This document shows, piece by piece, positions 21,444-31,732 of a stretch of 64,000 nucleotides of DNA (positions are counted from its first letter, which is position 1; each line of letters begins with the position of its first letter). The notes beneath the pieces were generated by a model, which saw nothing but the letters and a program-made list of their open reading frames with translations, ran no database searches and had not been told where the DNA came from. Position numbers and translations under genes: made by a program. Origin of the DNA: an uncultured archaeon (lineage in GTDB: Archaea > Thermoplasmatota > Penumbrarchaeia > JASLWR01). The stretch is from the NCBI GenBank assembly GCA_964430885.1, contig CAYSHM010000010.1, positions 36,601 to 100,600 on the forward strand. Direction: 5' to 3'.

Positions 21444-21726
21444 AAACCGGGGTAAAAATAGGGGCAATCCCTCTATAATGAGCCATCTATCATAACTGCT
21501 CATCAGTAATTTTCAGGCGCTAGAATCGGCAATCATTCGAGGCAGTTCAATTTCACTACTAGAATGGGTTTCTGAAAAGAACGCATTACATTTTTATATT
21601 AATTTATCAATGATTGGACCATAACTAGATCGGTCCTTTCAGAGGAATCGACGGTCATGGCAATATTGGCCAAATATATAATACCGAATATCCTGAAATA
21701 AATACAATGAACAAAGGGGTGAACAA

Positions 21727-23172
21727 ATGAAAAAGATCTATGCTCTATTGGTTATCCTCCTCGCTTTGGCAGTGATAACCACAGGTTGCGACGATAAGAA
21801 GAAAAAGGAAGATACAATTAACGGAGAAGATGACGATACTGGAGATGATGATGACAACGGTAACGGAGGAAGTACAACATATACCACTGTTGCGGTAGAT
21901 GATCTGAATTCCACACCGTATTCCTACAGCGGAAAGAACGTCAAGGTAGTGGATGCTGAAGTTACAAGCGTTCCCCAGACATTTTACTGCTATATAACTG
22001 ATGATTCAACCTCTTCCACGGTAAAACTCTACGGATATGATGAGGACCTTGGAATAAAGGTAGGTGACGTTATTACTGTCCAGGGAATATTCGAACAGTT
22101 CGAGAATAAATACTGGGAGATCAAAATCCGCTCAAAAACTGATGATAAAGTTACAATAACTGATTCCGTGACGGTAGCGTACACAAGCATAGGACTTGAA
22201 GCCCTCCTGAGTGACCCCGATTCCTATTATGGCCTTTCAGTCGAATTGAAGGATGTCACTGTGGTGAATAAGGACTCCTATTATCATTTCAAATTGACCA
22301 ATGATAAGACTACTGAAAAGCTGGCAGTTTATAATGATGGTCTTTATCTGAAACAGTTCAAGGAAGGAGACACCATCACAATAAAGGGCCAATTTATTGA
22401 ATATAACGATGCACCTGAACTTAAATTAAGAAACGAAACCGCTTACGACGACGGTGTTGTATCTGTCACAGATGGTGGTGGGGGAACAACCGTAACCTAT
22501 GAAGTGCATACCGTTTCAGAAATACTAGGGGACCCGGAAAGCTTTGAAGGTGATAATGTTCAATTGACGGATGTAAAGGTAGCTTGGATAGATGACGGGA
22601 ATTCCGCGGCTTTCACTCTCTTCGGAGTAACCGATGATACAAGAGCTGAGACCCTAGAGATAGTGGCGTTCAATAAGATCGATGAAAATGATATTGCCAA
22701 AATTGTTCCTGATGCTATTGTTACTGTTAAGGGAAAAATGGGTTATTACGATCAGAATAAAAATGATGTTAAGGACGAGGATGAGGATTGGCAGGTAACA
22801 GTTTCAAGCTATTCTGACAGCGATGAGGTAATAATTGTCGAGGAAGCGGCGGCTATAACTTATTCAGAGGTAACCTTGAATGAATTGCTGGGAGATACTG
22901 ATACCTACAATGAGAGTGACGTTAAGGTCCTGAATGCCGAGATAACAACTCTTGAAGAGAGGTCATCTGGTCTGAAGATCAACATTACGGATGCAAGCTA
23001 TAATGGTACCCTTATCCTATTCATACCCAATGATGCTGATCAACCGACAGGACTGGCTGTTGGAAACACTATTAATATTTGGGGACAGTTCAAATGGTGG
23101 CCACACAGTCACGAAGGATACTGGGAAGTAATTCTGAGAGAAAACGGTCAGGACAAGGTGGAAAAGGTATAG
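21727..23172 (+). CDS. Acidic lipoprotein with four tandem OB-fold-like repeats
   Basis: Lipobox-type signal (MKK...LAVITTG-C); four ~95-110 aa repeats of the pattern Y..v.l.ell.dp.sy....V.l....V...GD.itv.G.f..y...we..lR...D.V. Confidence 0.75.
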   Translation: MKKIYALLVILLALAVITTGCDDKKKKEDTINGEDDDTGDDDDNGNGGSTTYTTVAVDDLNSTPYSYSGKNVKVVDAEVTSVPQTFYCYITDDSTSSTVKLYGYDEDLGIKVGDVITVQGIFEQFENKYWEIKIRSKTDDKVTITDSVTVAYTSIGLEALLSDPDSYYGLSVELKDVTVVNKDSYYHFKLTNDKTTEKLAVYNDGLYLKQFKEGDTITIKGQFIEYNDAPELKLRNETAYDDGVVSVTDGGGGTTVTYEVHTVSEILGDPESFEGDNVQLTDVKVAWIDDGNSAAFTLFGVTDDTRAETLEIVAFNKIDENDIAKIVPDAIVTVKGKMGYYDQNKNDVKDEDEDWQVTVSSYSDSDEVIIVEEAAAITYSEVTLNELLGDTDTYNESDVKVLNAEITTLEERSSGLKINITDASYNGTLILFIPNDADQPTGLAVGNTINIWGQFKWWPHSHEGYWEVILRENGQDKVEKV

Positions 23173-23330
23173 GAATATCTGTTGGAGACGGGTCAATCCT
23201 AGTAATATATCAAAATTGATACGCTTAATCAGTAAATTATTCAGTGCAGGCTTATTGTTTAAACAGCAACACTTACTACAGAAAATATATTTCAATCATT
23301 GTTGTTCCACAATTTACCGGAAGTGATTCT

Positions 23331-24443
23331 ATGAGTGTCAGTTGGATAGATAAACATACAAAGATCAAACATATGGAGATCACAGATGAATTCGTAATGG
23401 TCGATGCAGATATGCCCATGACAAGGGTTGCACGCAAAATGCTTGACCTTGGTGATCACGGTTCTGCCCTGGTAACCAGAGGGGATGACAGGGTAATTGG
23501 GTTCTTATCCAGAAAAGGATTTCTGGAACTGGCTGCAAAGGGATTTGATCCTAGGAGAACCCGGGCTCATGAGCTTATGAATGAGGATTTTATGGAGATA
23601 TCCGGTGAGGAGACTGTCGAAAAGGTCATACCCTTCATCGCCGATAAATATCCTGAAGCTATTGTTGTCATAGATTTTGATGGAAATTGTATGGGATATT
23701 TTTCCAGAAATGATTACCGTGACGCATTGGCGGGATTGGGTTGTTACGATCAGACCCATGAACCGATCACTCCGGAAGAATGGCTTACCAAGGGTATTGC
23801 CATCTCGTCTCTGGGAAAGGTACAGGAAGCTATCGAGTGCTACGAGAACTATGTAAAGATCCAGCCTGACGTCCAGAAAGGGTGGTTCATGCTGGCAAGG
23901 AAGTTTGAGAAAGAGGGACGTTTCAAGGATGCGGTCATATGTTACGATATGTATCTCAAATTGAATCCCAATGATGCCGATGGTTGGTTCAACCGGGGTA
24001 ATGTTCTGAACAGGATGCGTAATTATCTCCAGGCGGCTCAAAGTTATTCTCATGCACTGAAGATACTTCCTGACAATAAATCGATATTGATGAATCTGGG
24101 ACTCACTCTTACCGATGCGGGAAAATCGAAAAAAGCACTGGAAGTATATAGTAAATTGGAGAGCATAATCGGAGAGAGCGCTGACCTAAGCTATAAGAAG
24201 GGCAACATTTACGATAAGGACGGAAAGCACAAGGAATCCATAAAATGCTACAGCAGAGCCACTGAACTTAACCCGAATCACGAAGAGAGCTGGTTCAATA
24301 TGGGAGCCGCCCTTCACAGCCAGGGAAAAGAAAGAAAGGCCATGAAATGTTTTGATGAGGTTCTGAGAATTGATCCTAACAATGTAAGTGCCAGGGAAGC
24401 TAGGACGATCTGTGAAGAGAATAAAAGGTTCTTGTTCTTCTAA
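23331..24443 (+). CDS. CBS-domain pair fused to TPR repeats
   Basis: N-terminal CBS-like pair (VIGFLSRKGF, CMGYFSRNDY) followed by about 6 TPRs. Confidence 0.8.
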   Translation: MSVSWIDKHTKIKHMEITDEFVMVDADMPMTRVARKMLDLGDHGSALVTRGDDRVIGFLSRKGFLELAAKGFDPRRTRAHELMNEDFMEISGEETVEKVIPFIADKYPEAIVVIDFDGNCMGYFSRNDYRDALAGLGCYDQTHEPITPEEWLTKGIAISSLGKVQEAIECYENYVKIQPDVQKGWFMLARKFEKEGRFKDAVICYDMYLKLNPNDADGWFNRGNVLNRMRNYLQAAQSYSHALKILPDNKSILMNLGLTLTDAGKSKKALEVYSKLESIIGESADLSYKKGNIYDKDGKHKESIKCYSRATELNPNHEESWFNMGAALHSQGKERKAMKCFDEVLRIDPNNVSAREARTICEENKRFLFF

Positions 24444-24737
24444 AGATCCAAAGAGATAATGTCCTACTTTCGTAACAGAGTAAATTGCTAAATAACGAAT
24501 AAACACTTCCAAGTCTGGAAAATCATGATCTGAATATTTTACATTTCTATCATCCAGCGGTCTTTTTACAGTTCATTTTAAAGCAAAAAGCAATATATGG
24601 GTTTTCCATTAAAAATCAGGTTCAAAGGTCTTTACTAGGATGGCAATTTTCTAATTATCTGTTGCCATAGATGCACTAGAACATATCCATTTAGGGAGGC
24701 CGTCATAACTAAAAGCAGTAAGATGGAGGTGAATTGA

Positions 24738-26777
24738 ATGGAAAATATATTAGTTTGTACTGCATGGCCTTATGCAAACGGGCCGCTTCACTTGGGTCAT
24801 TTTGCAGGCTGTTTTCTTCCTGCAGATATATTTGTAAGGTACCAGCGTATGGCAGGGAACAACGTTTACATGGTTTCAGGTTCTGACCAGCATGGAACTC
24901 CGATCACCGTAACAGCAGAAAAGGAAAGCACAACTCCCGAAGAAGTTGCTGACCGGTACCACGAGAAGAACTATGATTCCCTTGTCCAAATGGGAATATC
25001 TTACGATCTCTTTGCCAAGACCCACGATCCTCATCATTTTAAGGTGGTACATGAGATTTTCACAACCCTTTACGAGAAGAACTACATATTCAAAAAAAAG
25101 CTAATGGCACCCTTTTGTCCAAAATGTGAAAGGTTCCTTCCCGACAGATATATTGAGGGGACATGCCCTGAATGCGGATTTGAAAAGGCAAGGGGCGATC
25201 AGTGCGATCACTGCGGAAAAACACTGGATGCTGATGAACTGGTAGATTCCAAATGCAGTCTCTGCACCACACATCCCGAGAACAGGGAGACCGAACAGTT
25301 TTACCTGCGTCTTTCCCATCTTGAGGGACCATTATGGAACATGCTTGAGGGAAAAGATTACTGGAGACCTTCAGTTCTGGGTCTGACCAAGGGATGGCTG
25401 AATGAAGGACTTCAGGATAGAGCTATCACAAGGGATCTGAGTTGGGGTGTTCCAATCCCCCTGGATGGATATGATAAGAAATGTATATACGTCTGGTTCG
25501 AAGCGGTGATCGGATATCTATCATGCACCAAGAAATTAAGCAAGAAATTGGGTAAACCCGATATGTGGAAGGATTTCTGGCTGAATGATGATGCACGGAT
25601 CTATTACTTCTTGGCCAAAGATAATATTCCTTTCCATACCCTGATCTTCCCGGCAATGCTGGCTGGATTCGATCCTCAGTATAATCTCCCCTATGATGTT
25701 CCATCAAATCAATATCTTACCCTTAATAGCGAACAGTTCTCCAAATCTAGAAAACATGCGGTCTGGGTTCCAAGCTACCTTGAGAGATTTCCCCCAGACC
25801 TCATACGGTACTATCTCACCATTAATATGCCCGAGCACAAGGATACTGATTTTACCTGGAAGAACTTCGTCCGTGTAAACAATGAAGATCTTATTGCAAC
25901 CCTTGGTAATATGATACACAGGGTACTGGTTCTTTCACAGAAGTATTTCGGTGAGATCCCAAACCACAGCGAGAATTATACTGTTGATGGCTTGGACAAA
26001 GAACTGCTTGAAGCAATACCCAGGACCAGGGATGAAATGGGTGATTTTATCAACCGATGTAAATTCCAGAATTCAATAAAATCCTTCATGAAACTCGCCC
26101 AGAAGGGAAACGAATACCTTGGACAGAAGGAACCATGGCGTCTATACAAGGATGAACCTGACAAATGCAGAGATATCCTTCACAATCTCATGTGTGTGGT
26201 GAACGGGTTGACCAGATTGATGGTTCCCTATATGCCCGGCACAGCTCAGAAGCTCCATGAGATGCTGGGAAATGAGGGGAAAGTGGAAGAAAGCCCATGG
26301 GATTTCGATCCATTAAAAATCAATATCGGATATAAATTGAGAAAACCAAGTCCTCTTTTCAGGAAATTGGAACTCAAGAAGATCATTGAAACAGAGAGCA
26401 AATTCGGTGGTGCTGAGGAAGAAAAGAAGGAAGCCAGGCCCATCAAGAAGAGGATCCCATTCAAAGATTTCCAGGCCCTTGATATCAGGGTGGCAGAGAT
26501 ACGTAGTGTAGAGCCTCATCCCAATGCTGAAAACCTTTATCTATTGAAAGTAGACGCGGGGCTAGGAAAGGAAATTCAGATGGTCGCAGGCTTGAAGAAA
26601 TATTACAAACCTGAAGAATTGAAAGGTGAAAAGATTGTGGTCATAGTCAATCTGGAACCTGCGGAAATACGGGGGATCAAGTCCGAAGCAATGCTTCTGG
26701 CTGCAGACGATCCGGGAGTGAACGTAACCCTGGTGGGTCCAAAGAGAGATATTAGAACGGGTTCATATGTATACTGA
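24738..26777 (+). CDS. metG: Methionine--tRNA ligase with C-terminal Trbp111-like domain
   Basis: TAWPYANGPLHLGH, SGSDQHGTPI, Zn-knuckle cysteines, YVWFEA, FSKS, C-terminal LDIRVAEI...SEAMLLAA; GGAGGTGA RBS. Confidence 0.97.
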   Translation: MENILVCTAWPYANGPLHLGHFAGCFLPADIFVRYQRMAGNNVYMVSGSDQHGTPITVTAEKESTTPEEVADRYHEKNYDSLVQMGISYDLFAKTHDPHHFKVVHEIFTTLYEKNYIFKKKLMAPFCPKCERFLPDRYIEGTCPECGFEKARGDQCDHCGKTLDADELVDSKCSLCTTHPENRETEQFYLRLSHLEGPLWNMLEGKDYWRPSVLGLTKGWLNEGLQDRAITRDLSWGVPIPLDGYDKKCIYVWFEAVIGYLSCTKKLSKKLGKPDMWKDFWLNDDARIYYFLAKDNIPFHTLIFPAMLAGFDPQYNLPYDVPSNQYLTLNSEQFSKSRKHAVWVPSYLERFPPDLIRYYLTINMPEHKDTDFTWKNFVRVNNEDLIATLGNMIHRVLVLSQKYFGEIPNHSENYTVDGLDKELLEAIPRTRDEMGDFINRCKFQNSIKSFMKLAQKGNEYLGQKEPWRLYKDEPDKCRDILHNLMCVVNGLTRLMVPYMPGTAQKLHEMLGNEGKVEESPWDFDPLKINIGYKLRKPSPLFRKLELKKIIETESKFGGAEEEKKEARPIKKRIPFKDFQALDIRVAEIRSVEPHPNAENLYLLKVDAGLGKEIQMVAGLKKYYKPEELKGEKIVVIVNLEPAEIRGIKSEAMLLAADDPGVNVTLVGPKRDIRTGSYVY

Positions 26778-26894
26778 TGAACTAAATGGAAATTCCATTG
26801 ATACTATTGAATGTTGGCTTTAGGAAAGAATAAGTAATGCAAAAAACCAGAATGATCTGATCTAGGTGATTCGATACCTTGGAAGTGTGGTTAA

Positions 26895-27563
26895 ATGAAG
26901 ATCGATATGCATGTTCATACCAAATATTCCATAGACGGAAAGGGTGAACTGTCCGAGTTCATCAAGATGGCCAGGAAAAAGGATCTTTCAGGTCTGGCCA
27001 TTACCGATCACAACACTATAAAAGGAGCACTCAAGGCAAAGAAAATGACAAAGAAATTTGAGGACTTCGTATTGATTGTAGGTGAGGAGGTATCCACCAC
27101 AGAAGGGCATGTTCTAGCTTACAATATTCAAGAACAGATTATCCCGGGTCTTACCCCTGCTGAAACCATTGAACTGATCGAAGATGCAGGGGGCTTTGCG
27201 GCAGCTGCACATCCAGGCAGGACCCCTTCCGGAATAAAAAGGAAAAAGATCAGAAAGCTACCGTTCAAAGTTGTGGAGTCACTCAATGCCTCAAGCTTGG
27301 AATATGTGAACAAAAGAGCTTTGAAAATGGCTGTCAAAATGGGTACAAGCTGTATTGGGGGTTCCGACGGTCATAAACCCCGGAAAATCGGAAGGGCATA
27401 CACAGAGTTTGAAGGTGATACATTCGATGTGGAAGAAATCGAGAAAAGAATCCTCGGACGAGAATCAATACCAAGGGGTAAATCGATAAGATATCTCAGC
27501 TGGATCAAGCTTGATTCTAAAATACTGTACAAATGGCTTTCTAGAGGCGGAAAGGACATCTGA
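26895..27563 (+). CDS. PHP domain metal-dependent phosphoesterase
   Basis: DMHVHTKYS.DG, AITDHN, GEEVST..GH, AHP, GGSDGH. Confidence 0.9.
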   Translation: MKIDMHVHTKYSIDGKGELSEFIKMARKKDLSGLAITDHNTIKGALKAKKMTKKFEDFVLIVGEEVSTTEGHVLAYNIQEQIIPGLTPAETIELIEDAGGFAAAAHPGRTPSGIKRKKIRKLPFKVVESLNASSLEYVNKRALKMAVKMGTSCIGGSDGHKPRKIGRAYTEFEGDTFDVEEIEKRILGRESIPRGKSIRYLSWIKLDSKILYKWLSRGGKDI

Positions 27564-27697
27564 TTATTTGCAATATTTACACAACTGGCAATTCGGAAAG
27601 GAGTTTGGAGTAAATCTCCTCTCGATCATCTGTGATAGCATAATGAATAAGGAGCAAAAATTACTTTAAAAAAAATTGATAGGTCAATTATAATTGA

Positions 27698-28684
27698 ATG
27701 AAGGGATCAAAAATGCATTTCAATTACAACCCCGAATGGTATGCTCCAAGGACCATTGAGGAAACCATTGGTATCATTAAAAAGCTGAAGAGAGAAGGAG
27801 CGGATTTTCAATATTTGGCAGGAGGTACCGACCTGAATGTGAAGATACGGGATGGTGCATTACTGCCGGAAAATATCATCTCTATATCCGGAATCGCCCG
27901 GTTGGCAGGGATAGATCATATTCCCGCAGGATCCGGCCAAGATGATATTATTTTGAGGGAGGGAGGAACTTTGGATCTTATCAAGACTTCCTATCTCTCA
28001 ATCGGGAGCGGAACCTGCTTCTCAGATATAAAAAGAAACCTGCTCGTATTGGATCAATGCAGGGGTTTGGCCCACGCTGCGGGCCAGGTCGGCTCACCAC
28101 AGATAAGGAACATTGCAACCATAGGGGGAAATGTGTCAAACGCATCCCCAGCAGGCGATGTTGCAACAATGCTGACAGCTCTTAGCACAATAGTAATCAC
28201 AGAATCACCCAGTGGTAAGCTCGGTACTCATATAGGGAGCTTCTTCAAGGGTGTCGGGAGGACAGTTATGAGTGCTGATGAACTCATTACCAAGTTCTTA
28301 ATTCCAATATCAGAAGGATCGCAGGGCTCCGGATTCTACAAGCTGAAGAAAAGAAAGGCCGTAGTTCTATCCGTGGTCAATTCAGGTGCAATTCTGGTCT
28401 GTGAACAGGGTGTTTTCACCAAAGCAGGAGTATCTCTGGGTGCCGTAGCCGTAACGCCTCTGTTATTGGACGATGCTGAAGACATATTAATTGGAAAATC
28501 CATTGATGCTTTTCCCGAATTGCTCCCCCGTATAGGTGAGGCGGCCAGGGATATGTCCAGGCCGATTACAGATGTTAGGGCAACTAAAGAATACCGTAAG
28601 GAAATGACAAAGATAACGGCTGAAAGGGCGCTTCAAAGGGCCTTTGACAATATGATGGAAAATATCGATAGAGGGAGAAATTGA
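27698..28684 (+). CDS. Xanthine dehydrogenase family, FAD-binding subunit
   Basis: LAGGTDL, VGSPQIRNIATIGGNVSNASPAGD, PITDVRATKEYR. Confidence 0.92.
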   Translation: MKGSKMHFNYNPEWYAPRTIEETIGIIKKLKREGADFQYLAGGTDLNVKIRDGALLPENIISISGIARLAGIDHIPAGSGQDDIILREGGTLDLIKTSYLSIGSGTCFSDIKRNLLVLDQCRGLAHAAGQVGSPQIRNIATIGGNVSNASPAGDVATMLTALSTIVITESPSGKLGTHIGSFFKGVGRTVMSADELITKFLIPISEGSQGSGFYKLKKRKAVVLSVVNSGAILVCEQGVFTKAGVSLGAVAVTPLLLDDAEDILIGKSIDAFPELLPRIGEAARDMSRPITDVRATKEYRKEMTKITAERALQRAFDNMMENIDRGRN

Positions 28685-29187
28685 ACATGGATGAATGTAT
28701 GGAAGAAAAAAAAATCAGGATATTCTATCGGTTGAACGGAAAGGACATTGAAACCTTTGTTCCCCCTAAGAAGAGACTTATTGACCACCTTCGGGAGGAT
28801 ATGAAGCAATTATCTGCAAAGGAGGGGTGCGGTCAGGGAGAATGCGGAGCATGTACTATCATAATGGACGGTAGGACATTATGCTCCTGTCTAATGACAG
28901 TCGGTCAGGCTATAGGTAAGAACATTACAACGCTGGAAGGGCTCGGTACCAAGGATAAACCTCATCCCATTCAGGAAGCCTTTCTCAAAGCAGGGGCAGT
29001 CCAGTGCGGGTTCTGCACACCGGGAATGATACTCTCAGTAAAGGTGCTTTTAGATAATAATCAGAACCCCACTGAGGAGGAGATAAAGGAAGCAATATCA
29101 GGCAATCTCTGTCGTTGTACTGGCTATGGGAAGATAATGAAAGCCGTCAAACTGGCAGGCAGGGAATTGTACGGTGGAGGGGAGTGA
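28681..29187 (+). CDS. Xanthine dehydrogenase family, 2Fe-2S subunit
   Basis: KEGCGQGECGACT, QCGFCTPG, GNLCRCTGY. Confidence 0.93.
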   Translation: MNMDECMEEKKIRIFYRLNGKDIETFVPPKKRLIDHLREDMKQLSAKEGCGQGECGACTIIMDGRTLCSCLMTVGQAIGKNITTLEGLGTKDKPHPIQEAFLKAGAVQCGFCTPGMILSVKVLLDNNQNPTEEEIKEAISGNLCRCTGYGKIMKAVKLAGRELYGGGE

Positions 29188-29188
29188 T

Positions 29189-31594
29189 ATGGATTCTGAA
29201 GATATGAGGGAGAACCAGGTCATAGGTAAATCCCATTTAAGAGTAGACGGCTGGGAAAAGGTTCTAGGGAGAGGCATCTATACCAAAGACCTTGGCATAT
29301 ATGATCCCCTTTACTGCTCCCTGAAACAGAGCGAACATGCTCATGCTGAAATCATTGAGATAGATACTACAGAGGCCAGAGCAATAAAGGGAGTCGTTGG
29401 TATCTTTACAGCAGATGACATAACCGGGATCAATAACGTGGGGGTTATCAACCTCGACCAACCAGTTATGGCAGATGACAGGGTGAGACATTACGGAGAT
29501 GTAGTGGCGATAGCAGTAGCCGAGACAAAAGAACTGGCGGATCAAGCTGCGAATATGATAAAGGTTAACTACAAACCCCTCCCGGGTGTATTCGATCCGG
29601 TCGAAGCATTGAAGAAGGACTCTCCTTTAGTACATCCCGACGGTAAGTACGGCAACAAGGGAAACCTAATGTCGCTAATGGAATATCAGAGAGGAGATTT
29701 TCAGAAAGCCTTCGAGGAAGCCGATGTCATTATAGAGAATGTTTACAGACCTGGTTATCAGGAGCATGCATTTATAGAAACTGAAGGCTGTATTGCTTTG
29801 AGCCACGGAGAAAAAATCACAATTTACGGTTCTCTTCAGTGTCCATTTTACGTCAGGGATGCTGTGGCCAATGCTTTGGGATTGAAAAGGTCCAATGTGA
29901 GGGTGATTCAAGTTGGGGTCGGAGGTGCATTCGGCGGAAAGGAAGACGTCCCTTCGGAAGTTGCTACCAGGGCAGCTTTGGCATCCTACCTGACAGGAAG
30001 ACCCGTTATCAATATCAGAACAAGAGAAGAATCCATCAGCATCCATACAAAACGGCACCCAATGGTAATAAGACACAAAATTGGTGCCAAGAAGGACGGA
30101 ACCCTAGTCGCAGCAGATGTGGATATCATATCCGATCAGGGCGCCTACTGTTCCGTGGGTAAATATGTTCAGAAAAGAGCAGTCGTACATGCCTGTGGCC
30201 CCTATGTCATACCCAATTCCCGAGTAATATCCCGTTTTGTCTATACCAACAACATCCTTACAGGAGCTTTCAGGGGTTTCGGAACACCCCAGGTCGCCAT
30301 GGCTGTGGAAGAACAGATGGATGAGCTGGCGAATGCACTTGATATGGACCCCTTGACCTTAAGGACCAAGAACATGCTCAGAAAAAATGATCTTACCCCG
30401 AAAGGACAGCTGCTGGACAACTGTGGAGACGGCCTTGAGAACTGTATCCTTTCAGCTTCAAAAAAGAGCGAATGGAAACTCAAACGCCATGATTTTAACC
30501 GTTTCAATGAAAAAATGAATAAAAAGGACCAATCGGAAATAAAACCTGGTGAGAACATAAGAAAAGGTATCGGAATGTCCACTATAATGTACGGTGTGGC
30601 ACTGGGAGATTCCGCTCCTGACATGGCCACTGCTACATGCCAGATAGCTGAGGACGGAAGTGTAATTATTACCACAGGGGGCGTGGAGATGGGTCAAGGA
30701 GCGAAAACAGTCCTTTCGCAGATCGCCGCACAGGAAGTCGGAGTTCCCCTTCATTATGTCAACATATTGGATGCTGACACTTCCATTGTTCAGAACAGCG
30801 GGCCCTCGGTGGCATCCAGGGTAACGCCTGTGATCGGGGAGGCTACCAGGAGAGCGGCGTACAAGGCAGTGAGACAGGTGAGAAAGCTCGCAATGGAAAA
30901 ATTCGGATATGACTATGATTACGGGGAAGAGGAATTTGAAGACGGTGAGAATGAAGAGATGGATGTAAAGAAACATATTTACCCCGCTGTGATCGACGGA
31001 GAACCCCATATCGTAGATAGAGCCAGTGGTAAAAAATTGAGATTCAAGGATCTGGTCCAGGAATGCTATTTCAATACTCTTAAATTGATTGGTCTAGGTT
31101 ACTCCCGGCCCCCGACTCTTCTGGAAGATGGGAGCTATAGGGATTACTACACCTATTCATTTGCATGTCATATAGCTGAAGTGGAGGTTGACATGGATAC
31201 TGGAGTGGTGGATGTAAAGAAAATTACAGCTGCCAATGATGTAGGACGGGCCCTCAATCCCATGTCAGTAGAAGGACAGATAGAAGGCGGAGCGGTCCAG
31301 GGAATGGGGTATGCCATCATGGAAGGCCTGGTTCAGGATAATGGTAAAATCCTGAATCCATCCTTTACGGATTATCTTATTCCAACTGCCCTTGATGCTC
31401 CGGAACTGATACCGCTGATAATAGAGGAAAGGGATGATTTCGGTCCCTATGGTGCCAAGGGTATAGGTGAACCCTCTCTGATCCCCACACCGGGAGCAGT
31501 CCTCAACGCCGTGGGCCATGCAATAGGTAAGCCAATCAGGATGACACCCGCCTCCCCGGAAAATGTATGGAAAGTGATAAACGATAGAATCTAG
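29189..31594 (+). CDS. Xanthine dehydrogenase/aldehyde oxidoreductase family, molybdopterin-binding subunit
   Basis: QEHAFIE, GGAFGGKED, GAFRGFGTPQ, EMGQG, SVASR, EGQIEGG..QG.G, GAKGIGEP. Confidence 0.92.
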   Translation: MDSEDMRENQVIGKSHLRVDGWEKVLGRGIYTKDLGIYDPLYCSLKQSEHAHAEIIEIDTTEARAIKGVVGIFTADDITGINNVGVINLDQPVMADDRVRHYGDVVAIAVAETKELADQAANMIKVNYKPLPGVFDPVEALKKDSPLVHPDGKYGNKGNLMSLMEYQRGDFQKAFEEADVIIENVYRPGYQEHAFIETEGCIALSHGEKITIYGSLQCPFYVRDAVANALGLKRSNVRVIQVGVGGAFGGKEDVPSEVATRAALASYLTGRPVINIRTREESISIHTKRHPMVIRHKIGAKKDGTLVAADVDIISDQGAYCSVGKYVQKRAVVHACGPYVIPNSRVISRFVYTNNILTGAFRGFGTPQVAMAVEEQMDELANALDMDPLTLRTKNMLRKNDLTPKGQLLDNCGDGLENCILSASKKSEWKLKRHDFNRFNEKMNKKDQSEIKPGENIRKGIGMSTIMYGVALGDSAPDMATATCQIAEDGSVIITTGGVEMGQGAKTVLSQIAAQEVGVPLHYVNILDADTSIVQNSGPSVASRVTPVIGEATRRAAYKAVRQVRKLAMEKFGYDYDYGEEEFEDGENEEMDVKKHIYPAVIDGEPHIVDRASGKKLRFKDLVQECYFNTLKLIGLGYSRPPTLLEDGSYRDYYTYSFACHIAEVEVDMDTGVVDVKKITAANDVGRALNPMSVEGQIEGGAVQGMGYAIMEGLVQDNGKILNPSFTDYLIPTALDAPELIPLIIEERDDFGPYGAKGIGEPSLIPTPGAVLNAVGHAIGKPIRMTPASPENVWKVINDRI

Positions 31595-31732
31595 AATACC
31601 TAATAGTAGAAAATAGTAATATCAAATATCATGGTATTATTGGCCGGCCAATATTAAAATTTAAAAATCGCGTTCATTATTATTGATATTTAATAATTGA
31701 TTAAAAAAACTCTGAAAACAAAAGGTGAAAAA

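Noticed and set aside
21666-21677. Shared TTGGCCAAATAT motif, also at 53171..53182, as a regulator site
   Set aside because: In both places it runs directly into a TATA-like element and is adequately explained as BRE plus TATA.
29189-31594. Aerobic CO dehydrogenase CoxL
   Set aside because: Has AFRGFG rather than the form I AYRCSFR active-site loop.
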